The notes under the pieces were generated by a model that had not been told where the DNA came from, did not search any database, and saw only the letters and a program-made list of their open reading frames with translations. Source: Verrucomicrobiota bacterium (GTDB lineage: Bacteria > Verrucomicrobiota > Verrucomicrobiia > Chthoniobacterales > UBA10450). From it: a stretch of DNA of 60,231 bases. The DNA lies in contig JBKPMH010000050.1 in NCBI GenBank assembly GCA_046732035.1, positions 1-60,231 on the forward strand, read 5' to 3'. Numbering within the stretch: position 1 is the first letter of the stretch; every line of letters begins with the position of its first letter. Shown piece by piece: positions 36,920 to 45,186 of this stretch. Both the position numbers and the translations under genes were made by a program.

Positions 36920-37912
36920 ATGCGCGCGATGGTTTTGGATAAGCCGCAGCAGTCGCTGCAACTTCGCGACGTGGAGAAACCAAGATCGTCCAAGCAGCAG
37001 TTGTTAGTGCGAATCGCTGCTTGCGCGGTGTGCAGGACCGACCTCCACGTAGTGGATGGCGAGTTACCGGATCTAAAACTGCCGCTTATTCCAGGGCATC
37101 AAATTGTTGGCTACGTGGAAGAGATTGGCGAAGAGGTAAAGTCGAAGTTCAAAGTGGGTGATCGGGTTGGTATTCCGTGGCTTGGCTGGACTGATGGCGA
37201 CTGCGCGTATTGTCGATCGCACCGGGAAAACCTATGCGAACGAGCTCGCTTTACCGGCTATACCATTGACGGTGGCTATGCGGAATTCACTGTGGCTGAT
37301 GCTCGATTCTGTTTTCATTTGCCTGAGCGATACAACGACATCGACGTGGCGCCGCTGCTTTGTGCGGGGCTGATTGGCTATCGTTCTTACCGTAAAACTG
37401 GAGATGCACACCGGCTCGGCATTTATGGTTTCGGTAATGCCGGGCATTTGATCGCACAGATCGCCTTGTTTGAAGGACGCGAGCTTTTCGTGTTTACCCG
37501 ACCAGGCGACCAGGCAACACAACAAGCCGCAAAGCAACTGGGTGCGGCCTGGGCCGGCGGTTCCGACGAGTTGCCTCCGGAGAGACTTGATGCAGCGATT
37601 ATCTTTGCCTCAGTCGGCCCACTTGTGCCGGCAGCGCTGCGCGCGCTTGCGAAGGGCGGGATTGTAGTCTGTGGCGGAATTCATATGAGTAAGATCCCTT
37701 CGTTTCCATATGAAGAGCTTTGGCAAGAACGCGTCATCACGTCTGTAGCAAACCTGACCCGTCGCGATGGGGCAGAATTTTTTGAACTAGCTCCGCGTGT
37801 TCCAGTGAAGACACACACCCAGACCTTTCCCTTACAAGATGCCAACACGGCGCTAGATCTATTTCGTTCAGGTAAGCTGGAGGAGACTGCTGTGTTGACG
37901 ATCGGTGAATGA
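36920..37912 (+). CDS. Zinc-dependent alcohol dehydrogenase family protein
   Basis: 330 aa. CAVCRTDLHVVDGE, GHQIVGYVEE, structural-Zn Cys cluster DGDCAYCRSHRENLC, GFGNAGH. Confidence 0.9.
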   Translation: MRAMVLDKPQQSLQLRDVEKPRSSKQQLLVRIAACAVCRTDLHVVDGELPDLKLPLIPGHQIVGYVEEIGEEVKSKFKVGDRVGIPWLGWTDGDCAYCRSHRENLCERARFTGYTIDGGYAEFTVADARFCFHLPERYNDIDVAPLLCAGLIGYRSYRKTGDAHRLGIYGFGNAGHLIAQIALFEGRELFVFTRPGDQATQQAAKQLGAAWAGGSDELPPERLDAAIIFASVGPLVPAALRALAKGGIVVCGGIHMSKIPSFPYEELWQERVITSVANLTRRDGAEFFELAPRVPVKTHTQTFPLQDANTALDLFRSGKLEETAVLTIGE

Positions 37913-38265
37913 CAAGGGACTTGGTCGTGTGCCAGCTTCGCCTGTGGCGCCGGACCAGCAAAAGCGAGAGCTGCATTGATCGTTATTTGGTAGAACGGTT
38001 GGCACAGCGCCATCACCACAATACCTCGCCTTTTGTGAGCCTTGTCCTCGCGCTAACTTTACGGATTGATCGCAGCTACTTGCGGTCCAGGCTCAGCCGT
38101 TTCAATCTGCGCGCTCACCTGTGTCAGTCCCGAGGCCAGACCGTCGACTCGGTTGGCTTGCTTGGTCAGCTTGGATTTGAAAGTCTTGTCTCCTGTTGAA
38201 CTACGATCGCGTGTCGAGGAGAAAACCCCGGCGGTCTAACTCAGATCGAGCCGCAGTAACAGCTC

Positions 38266-39432
38266 CTATCGTGCTCCCACCTGCGCGCGACCGCCGATCG
38301 GTTTCGCAAAATCGCCTGAGAGACGTTTTTCATCATTCCGAACGCCACCAGCCGCATTGCCGAGAGCTTCTTCCTCTGGAGAGAGAAACGGTCTAAAGCG
38401 GCCTTTGTCGATTGCTTTCATGAACGCCTCGTGAGGGGAAACAATTCCTTTTCCAAGAAGAGCCCAGATTGCGTCGTCCATGAATTGCATCCCTTGTGCT
38501 TTGCCGGAGATAATCACGTCCTGCAGCTTTTGTGTTGCCCCTTCCCGGATGATTGCAGCTACAGCGGGATTCGCGATCAGAATTTCGTTTACTGCAATTC
38601 GACCAGGCCGATCGGCTCTTTTCAACAGCAGTTGAGCTACCACACCACGGAGAGAATTCGCAAGCATGGCGCGCGCCTGGGGTTGGCGATCCGCGGGAAA
38701 AACGTCCACCATTCGGTCGACCGTTTTGCGTGCATTGTTTGTGTGCAAGGTACCGAATACTAGAAGCCCAGTTTCGGCCGCAGTAAGAGCAAGCGAAACT
38801 GTCTCTAGGTCCCGCATTTCTCCCACCAGCACAATATCCGTGTCCTCACGTAACGCTGCCTTTAGCCCGGCTGCAAAGGAACTGGAGTTAGTCGGAACTT
38901 CACGTTGAGTGATGGTGCTCTTCTTGTTCTCGTGTACGAACTCAATGGGTTCCTCAATCGTTACGACGTGCTTGGCAAAGTTTTGATTAATGTAATCAAT
39001 GAGCGCAGCTTGCGTGGTAGTTTTACCAGAGCCAGTAGGACCAGTTACCAGGACGAGCCCGCCACGTACGTTGGCAAAGTCTCTCACAACAAGCGGAATC
39101 CCCAGTTGCTCCAGGGTAGCGATCTTCGTAGGAATCAGCCGAAAAGTCGCCCCGTAACCATTGGACTGCTTGAAATAATTACTGCGGAAACGAGACGCTT
39201 CATCCATTTCATACGCAAAATCCAGATCTCCGGTTTGCTCGAAGGTTTCCCAGTTACGCGCTCCGGAAATTTCGCTCATCATCTGCACAGCTTCTTCGCG
39301 TGAAATCGCCTCGGCGCGAATGGGCATGATATCTCCGTGCACACGCATTTTCGGTGGCTGCCCTTCGGCGAAATGCAGATCGGAGCCACCGTGCTTGACG
39401 ATTACGTTCAGAAATTGGTCAAGGTAAGCCAT
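38266..39432 (-). CDS. pilT: Type IV pilus twitching-motility ATPase PilT
   Basis: 388 aa. GGSDLHF, Walker A GPTGSGKTTT, VGEMRDLETV, GTLHTNNA. It has an extra C-terminal tail of about 40 aa. Confidence 0.9.
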   Translation of the reverse strand: MAYLDQFLNVIVKHGGSDLHFAEGQPPKMRVHGDIMPIRAEAISREEAVQMMSEISGARNWETFEQTGDLDFAYEMDEASRFRSNYFKQSNGYGATFRLIPTKIATLEQLGIPLVVRDFANVRGGLVLVTGPTGSGKTTTQAALIDYINQNFAKHVVTIEEPIEFVHENKKSTITQREVPTNSSSFAAGLKAALREDTDIVLVGEMRDLETVSLALTAAETGLLVFGTLHTNNARKTVDRMVDVFPADRQPQARAMLANSLRGVVAQLLLKRADRPGRIAVNEILIANPAVAAIIREGATQKLQDVIISGKAQGMQFMDDAIWALLGKGIVSPHEAFMKAIDKGRFRPFLSPEEEALGNAAGGVRNDEKRLSGDFAKPIGGRAQVGAR

Positions 39433-39558
39433 TCTAAGAACCGCTAATTACGTCGATAAATAGAAGAACGAACAGCCAGACTACTTGCCAGGCAGGTTGG
39501 TTATACGTTGTGTTATTGGACCTGACTGCGATGGTTTTGTGGTGGGGGCACATGAGTT

Positions 39559-40662
39559 CTACATTTTGAGTTGTTGTCGGACCATTTGTTTTTGGTCTGC
39601 TCGCGCATAAGCTTCTTGAGCGCTGATCAGGCCGCGCTGGTACAATTCAATTAACGTATCGTCCATCAAACGCATGCCTTGTTTCTTACCGGTCTGGATA
39701 ATTCCCGGCAACATGTAGGTCTTGGCTTCGCGGATCACGTTCGCCACAGCAGGTGTATTCGTCAGGATTTCCAGAGCCAGTACGCGTCCGGTGCCGTCTG
39801 CTCGCGGGACCAACTGATGACTAATCACTCCCCGCAAGGATTCACTTACCATCACTCGGATTTGTTCCTGCTGATGAGATGGAAATACATCAAGCAACCG
39901 ATCAAGCGTGCGCGAAGCATTACTCGTATGCAGCGTTGCCAAAACAAGGTGCCCGGTCTCTGCAGCAGTAATGGCAAGCGAAATTGTTTCCAGATCGCGC
40001 ATTTCTCCAACCATAATCACATCGGGATCCTCTCGAAGTGAAGCGCGCAGGGCCGTGGCGAAAGACTCGCTATGCGTGAACATCTCTCGCTGGGTAACGT
40101 GGCAGTTTTTCGACGTTAAAATGTACTCAATCGGATCCTCCAAGGTGATGATGTGATCGCGCCGCTCAATGTTTATCTGTTGGACCATCGCGGCCAGTGT
40201 CGTCGATTTGCCGGTTCCGACTGAACCGGTGGCCAAAATCAGCCCATTCTGATAACGGGTAAGTAACTTGAGACGCTCGGGCAGGCCCAGCTCGTCCATG
40301 GTTCGGACGTGACTATTGATCACACGGAAAACGATCTCGATCCCCAGGCGGCTTCGAACGACGCTGGTGCGATAGCGAGCGAATTCGTTTTGGTAAGCAA
40401 AATCTGAATCGCCACGGGTATTGAGTTCATTCTTGTAGACATCTGGAACAAAAGCTTCAGCCAGAGCCGCGGTTTGCTGGGCAGTTAGCACCGGTGCGTC
40501 AGGCCAAATAGCCTCCAAGCGTCCATGCAACCGCCATCTCGGCTGCGCATTCACGGCCAGGTGAACGTCCGATGCCCCGGCCTTTTGGCCCACCTCGAGA
40601 TAATCGTCCACATGTCGCATCGCCTGCGATTTCACGGGCATGTCCGGTGACTTAGCAATCAT
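39559..40662 (-). CDS. PilT/PilU family type IVa pilus retraction ATPase (second paralogue)
   Basis: GASDVHL, Walker A GSVGTGKSTT, VGEMRDLETI, ATLHTSNA. The ORF is open to TTG 40680. The first ATG (40662) is used here; the start is uncertain (ATGs also at 40641 and 40620). Confidence 0.85.
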   Translation of the reverse strand: MIAKSPDMPVKSQAMRHVDDYLEVGQKAGASDVHLAVNAQPRWRLHGRLEAIWPDAPVLTAQQTAALAEAFVPDVYKNELNTRGDSDFAYQNEFARYRTSVVRSRLGIEIVFRVINSHVRTMDELGLPERLKLLTRYQNGLILATGSVGTGKSTTLAAMVQQINIERRDHIITLEDPIEYILTSKNCHVTQREMFTHSESFATALRASLREDPDVIMVGEMRDLETISLAITAAETGHLVLATLHTSNASRTLDRLLDVFPSHQQEQIRVMVSESLRGVISHQLVPRADGTGRVLALEILTNTPAVANVIREAKTYMLPGIIQTGKKQGMRLMDDTLIELYQRGLISAQEAYARADQKQMVRQQLKM

Positions 40663-40747
40663 TGGCGCTCGAGGAAACAATTACAAACGCGGGGGAGCGC
40701 GTAAATCCTAAAACGATGGTAGCCCACGGCCCAGTCGGACCATGCGT

Positions 40748-41134
40748 CTAAGTCTTGCGGCGGGATCTTCCAGCAGAATCGGTAAGCCGATTCTTGACAA
40801 ATTCGAGGATTACCGGTCGCGCCAGGCTGGCGACAAGTTTCAACGCTGCCAAGGCGACGCCGGTTTCGGCCAGCTTCTTCTGTGATTTGCGGCTGTTTTT
40901 TGCGTCCACATAGATTTTCTTTTTTCGCATCGGCGCCAAGGCAATCAACGCCCCGACCGCACCGGCGGCTGTGATCCAGGAAATTGTTTGTTTCCGGAAT
41001 GATCTGCGGAATTTCGCGGGGAAATCCAATTCATGCTGCAGCCCGCGCAAATCGCGCCCCACGCGTTCGCGAGAACCTGCAATTTCCGCTCTCAATTGGT
41101 CGATTGATTTGTTGTCTGAAGATTTCTGAGCCAT
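40748..41134 (-). CDS. YqjK-like small membrane protein (hypothetical)
   Basis: 128 aa. Charged coiled N-terminus (IDQLRAEIAGSRERVGRDLRGLQHEL), one central TM, basic tail. It is third in the yqjD/yqjE-like cluster and overlaps the upstream gene by 43 nt. Confidence 0.5.
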   Translation of the reverse strand: MAQKSSDNKSIDQLRAEIAGSRERVGRDLRGLQHELDFPAKFRRSFRKQTISWITAAGAVGALIALAPMRKKKIYVDAKNSRKSQKKLAETGVALAALKLVASLARPVILEFVKNRLTDSAGRSRRKT

Positions 41135-41523
41135 TCACGATCCTTCCTTAATTCAGCCAAAGTGACGCGGAAAAACGGCTTTGTGATCCGGGTACGCGCG
41201 ATCAGGATCAGCACCAGCGCAACAATAAAATGCAGAGCGGCAGCTGCGAGCGCGATCCATGGCCATGAAATTCCAATTAGATGAGCTAAGCCGACGACCG
41301 CTCCAGTAATCAGGAAAACATAACCCAGCCCACAAAGGAGTAGCGCGAAAACCACGCAACCAACCAATATCAGTAACTGGACTGCTGCTGCTTTGGATTC
41401 CTCCGCGACTAGCGCAAAGCGGCTTTCGAAGAATTCCGCAAGTGCGTTTACGAGCGCGAACAGGTTTTGGAGCAAACCGGCATGCCCCGCAGGATTGCGG
41501 GACCGAGAGCTCTCGCTGATCAT
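41092..41523 (-). CDS. YqjE-like (DUF1469 / holin-X-type) membrane protein
   Basis: 143 aa. An amphipathic ESRFALVAEESKAA segment, then two long TM helices, then RKDREWL. This is the same layout as E. coli YqjE. Confidence 0.65.
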   Translation of the reverse strand: MISESSRSRNPAGHAGLLQNLFALVNALAEFFESRFALVAEESKAAAVQLLILVGCVVFALLLCGLGYVFLITGAVVGLAHLIGISWPWIALAAAALHFIVALVLILIARTRITKPFFRVTLAELRKDREWLRNLQTTNQSTN

Positions 41524-41541
41524 CTCCGAAAGCGTTCGGAG

Positions 41542-41865
41542 TTAACGCCGGAAAATCAGACCCAGAACAAACCCGATTCCGAGCGCGCTGAAAATCGCTT
41601 TTGTCGGATTCTCACGCACGTATTGCTCTGCATCTTCCTGAAATGTGCGTACGCGATCCCTCGCATCGCCCCATGCTTGTTCAGCTTTGCCGCGTGCTTC
41701 TCCCCACTTCTGTTCTGCTTTGTCGCGATATTGCTCAGCCATGGCGCCTGCCGCTGATTTCAGGTCTTCAGCTGCTCTGCGCGCATGTTGTTTGCTGCTC
41801 TCCAGCTTGTCGCGTGCGTCAGCTGCGGGGGGTGCCCCTTGTTGTGGTATATTCTCTTCTGCCAT
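41542..41865 (-). CDS. DUF883 (ElaB/YqjD/YgaM) family tail-anchored protein
   Basis: C-terminus ...YVRENPTKAIFSALGIGFVLGLIFRR is the family hallmark. The N-terminus has repeated AEQ/WG helical segments. Start taken at MAEENIPQQG (ATG 41865); the ORF is open to 41922. Confidence 0.75.
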   Translation of the reverse strand: MAEENIPQQGAPPAADARDKLESSKQHARRAAEDLKSAAGAMAEQYRDKAEQKWGEARGKAEQAWGDARDRVRTFQEDAEQYVRENPTKAIFSALGIGFVLGLIFRR

Positions 41866-42021
41866 TGGTATTCTCCGGTTGATTATCGGTGGAAGTATCC
41901 GCGTGGTTAACAAATTCGGCAAACAAATCTACAACCAAAGTTGAGCAGCACGTCGGAGATCCCCCGAAGGCAATCGCACTTGGAACGGTTTGCGGTCTTA
42001 ACCTGGTGAACCTAAAGCGCG

Positions 42022-42240
42022 TTATTGTTCGCGAAAAATGATACGCGCTTTTGTCAGATCGTAGGGTGAAAGCTCGACTGAAACCTTGTCGCCGGGGACG
42101 ATCCGAATGAAATGCTTGCGCATCTTGCCCGAGATATGGGCGAGCACATTGCGGTGCCCGGGTAAATCGACCCGAAACATGGTTCCCGGTAGTACCTGAG
42201 TGACCGTGCCTTCTGTTACGATCTGCTCTTCCTTGGACAC
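42022..42240 (-). CDS. infA: Translation initiation factor IF-1
   Basis: 72 aa. [55 protein letters not shown]. Confidence 0.95.
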   Translation of the reverse strand: MSKEEQIVTEGTVTQVLPGTMFRVDLPGHRNVLAHISGKMRKHFIRIVPGDKVSVELSPYDLTKARIIFREQ

Positions 42241-42300
42241 GCAGCGAATATACGCGTGAACACGGGACCCTCAACTTGGGTGGATGATGACAATTCTCGC

Positions 42301-44241
42301 CTAGCGCAACTGATCCCGGGAGATTGTCGGTAAGTACTCACGGAGTTCCTGGCGTTTCCACCAGGCGCCGGTTTGCCGGCGTTCCGCGGAAGTCGTAAAA
42401 CGATATCGATAAAACATGGCCCGGATGTACTGGGGCGGTTTACCCGGGAAGGGATCATGTGCAAGCAGGCGGGTTACATCTCGTGATCCTTCCAGCAGCC
42501 TGGCGACAAGCCCGATCAGCCACGGATTTTGCTCTGGAGATTCCAACGCGGCAAACCACATCTGCCAATCAAGCCTGGGCTGGTGCGGAGCACACCAGCC
42601 AGGTGCGCGCTTTAACTCGCCCGGTTTCCATTTGAACTCATATGGCAGCCATTCAATACCGTCGGAGCTGCCTTCGATTACGATTTCGTCACGATCCTTG
42701 GTCATCACGCGAAACAGTCCGTAGCCGTTTACGATTCGAAACGCTTCGAGTCGTTCGTAAAAGTTTGCCACCCAAGCCGGTGGTCTGCTCTCGGGTTTAA
42801 ATGCGCTGAAAATCAGCCATGCGTTGATCGGTAACGTCACAACAATCACTGCGAAAGCCGCATACGTACACAAATACCTTGATAAGATGCCACGGGCCCG
42901 GATTGGGCTGGCACCTGCAGGGGGAGGGATGGGTGCGGGGATGTTTCGCGGTGATATCCCGATTGCCGCGTCATCAATTAGCAGCAAGCACAACGCGATC
43001 GTGAGCAGATTGAAAAAGCAATAGTTGCCGGTAACCGCGATCACGACTTGAAGGAAAATTATTAATCCTGCCGCCAGCAGCCGGGGGCGTCGTGGCGCCC
43101 AAATAAGGAATGGCACGATGATCTCTACCGCGAGACAAAAGGCTACCGAGAAATGTTTGAACCATTCCGGGCTTTTGTCCGCCCACCACGCGAACGCAGT
43201 AGGCAACGGCTGCGACCAGTAATGATAATCAAGTGCCGTTAACAGGCTCCAATGAAATGAGTGATTTGCCCAACCCCAGGAATTGTCGCCGCTAGTCAGT
43301 TTCACCACGCCCGACATGAGCATTAGTTTGAAAAACAGGAACTTGAGTAAAAACAAGCCCACTCGTGAAACCGGAGCGGCTGCAGTCGGCGCCCTGAGAC
43401 GCGGCCACCATATCAGGTCCGATGGGAATAGTCGCCATGGAGCAATAAAAATTGCCAAAAACCCGGCTTCCAGAAGCAGGACGTCCCATTGGAAGTTGAG
43501 GAACACCTGTCCGGCAATCGTCAGCGACAGGTAGAAAATGAAAAGCAAGACGAGCATAAGCGCAGGTGCAATTCCGAAAATTAGAAGCAACGAAAAGACG
43601 GTGCCGCCTCCACAAAGCAAATGGAGAAAAGCGTTGCTCGAATCGAACCAGCAAAGCGTTGGCAAAAGAAAGTAAGCGTCTTGCCCAAGTTGCTGGCGAA
43701 CTGCTGGAAGAAACCGGCTAACCGGCGACACTCCGTTGCTCCCAACGAGTCCATCCACTTGCACCCAAAGCGACACGAATGCGATCAGATAAACGAGTCC
43801 AAGCATGCGCAGAAACCAGCGACGCGCCCAAAAATAAGTCGGCGGCCGTACGTCTTTGCCCCACAACAATCGGGTAACGATTGATCCAAGACTGCGATGG
43901 CGGGCGATGAATTTGTAAGCTGTCTCGGAAACACCGGCGAAACCAGGAACATGACTGTAGCTCCAAACCAGCCATTTTCTCGATGGTCGATATCGCAAAG
44001 AACGATATACCGCCTGGGCGGCAAAGAACGTTTCGCCATCCGGTTCGATAAATGCAACTGCTCGTTGGAATTTTTCGACTGGAATTTCCGGGAACCGCGA
44101 TGCTGCCTCCTGATAGGTGGCATAATCCACCCTCCCAACCGTGATTTCACGCCAACGTTCGATCCACCGCTTGCAGAAATGACACTCACCATCCCAAATC
44201 ATGAGAGGCTTAGTTGGCGGTTTTGAAACGCGTAGGTGCAT
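42301..44241 (-). CDS. Fusion protein: DCC-type (DUF393) CxxC thiol-disulfide oxidoreductase domain + lipase maturation factor (LMF) family polytopic membrane domain
   Basis: N-terminal IWDGECHFCKRWIERW (DCC CxxC). This is followed by about 10 TM segments with LMF-like blocks (FLNFQWDVLLLEAGFLAIF, GNYCFFNLLTIALC) and a C-terminal soluble LMF part (YGLFRVMT...WLPYEFKWKPG...PHQPRLDWQMWFAAL). Start at ATG 44241; the ORF is open to 44346. Confidence 0.8.
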   Translation of the reverse strand: MHLRVSKPPTKPLMIWDGECHFCKRWIERWREITVGRVDYATYQEAASRFPEIPVEKFQRAVAFIEPDGETFFAAQAVYRSLRYRPSRKWLVWSYSHVPGFAGVSETAYKFIARHRSLGSIVTRLLWGKDVRPPTYFWARRWFLRMLGLVYLIAFVSLWVQVDGLVGSNGVSPVSRFLPAVRQQLGQDAYFLLPTLCWFDSSNAFLHLLCGGGTVFSLLLIFGIAPALMLVLLFIFYLSLTIAGQVFLNFQWDVLLLEAGFLAIFIAPWRLFPSDLIWWPRLRAPTAAAPVSRVGLFLLKFLFFKLMLMSGVVKLTSGDNSWGWANHSFHWSLLTALDYHYWSQPLPTAFAWWADKSPEWFKHFSVAFCLAVEIIVPFLIWAPRRPRLLAAGLIIFLQVVIAVTGNYCFFNLLTIALCLLLIDDAAIGISPRNIPAPIPPPAGASPIRARGILSRYLCTYAAFAVIVVTLPINAWLIFSAFKPESRPPAWVANFYERLEAFRIVNGYGLFRVMTKDRDEIVIEGSSDGIEWLPYEFKWKPGELKRAPGWCAPHQPRLDWQMWFAALESPEQNPWLIGLVARLLEGSRDVTRLLAHDPFPGKPPQYIRAMFYRYRFTTSAERRQTGAWWKRQELREYLPTISRDQLR

Positions 44242-44352
44242 CAGAGCGTGGTAATTTTGGTTAGTAGAACGTGAGAGGCTGGAACTGAGAAGTAAGAAAG
44301 TTTCCGTTTTTGCGATCACCTCCTGCGTTGACTTCTTACCAATCAAGTCTCA

Positions 44353-45117
44353 CTAGACCTGAAAATCCGCCCAAACCGGCGCGTGATCGGACGGTTCCTT
44401 CCCCTTGCGCATTTCAACATCGATCCCCGACGCGGTGCAATGTTCCGCTAGCTTTTCATTAGCCAGAATGGCGTCGATACGCAGGCCGCGGTTCTTCTCG
44501 AAAGCGCGCATCTGATAATCCCACCAACTGAAGAGGTCGCGTTCTTTGTGATGAATTCGCAACGTGTCGCGCAAGCCCATTGCACACAACTGTTGAAACG
44601 CGGCACGTTCGCCGTCGGAACACATGATTGCGCCACGCCATAAATTTACGTCGTAAACGTCGGTGTCTTCCGGAGCGACATTGAAATCGCCGCACACCGC
44701 AACCTTGCCGGATGTTTCTTGTGCGATGCAATCTCGCAGTCGGCGATACCATTGTAGTTTGTATTCGTATGCCGGAGAACCGACCGCCTGACCGTTCGGC
44801 GCATAGATTGAAAAAACTCTGAGGGTATCGATGGTCGCTGCGATTACGCGCGCCTGCTCGTCCACGACTTCGTCGCACAGCGACGGACGCACATCGCGCA
44901 GCTCGGTTTTCGACAGGATGGCGACGCCGTTGTACGATTTTTCGCCATGATAAGCGGCGTGGTAACCGGCGGTTTGGAGACCCAACGCGGGAAATTGATC
45001 GTCTGCGCATTTCGTTTCCTGCAAACAGACAATATCCGGCCCTGTGGCCTCTAGCCATGCAAAAAGGCGGTCCTGGCGCTTCCGAAGCGAATTAATGTTC
45101 CAGGAAACTATTCTCAT
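44353..45117 (-). CDS. xth: Exodeoxyribonuclease III
   Basis: MRIVSWNINSLRKR, CLQETK, GDFNVAP, SDHAPVWADF. Start at ATG 45117; the ORF is open to 45159. Confidence 0.92.
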   Translation of the reverse strand: MRIVSWNINSLRKRQDRLFAWLEATGPDIVCLQETKCADDQFPALGLQTAGYHAAYHGEKSYNGVAILSKTELRDVRPSLCDEVVDEQARVIAATIDTLRVFSIYAPNGQAVGSPAYEYKLQWYRRLRDCIAQETSGKVAVCGDFNVAPEDTDVYDVNLWRGAIMCSDGERAAFQQLCAMGLRDTLRIHHKERDLFSWWDYQMRAFEKNRGLRIDAILANEKLAEHCTASGIDVEMRKGKEPSDHAPVWADFQV

Positions 45118-45186
45118 TTGGCTGTAGCGATGATCGACTTCCTCGTCTCGTCGCCACAATTTACCATTAGCGCTTGTGGAACGCCT

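Noticed and set aside
37909-38199. 96-aa + strand ORF overlapping the adh stop (ATGA)
   Set aside because: Its Arg/Ser/Leu/Cys-rich, His-run composition shows no domain features. The opposite strand reads more protein-like, so it is treated as non-coding.
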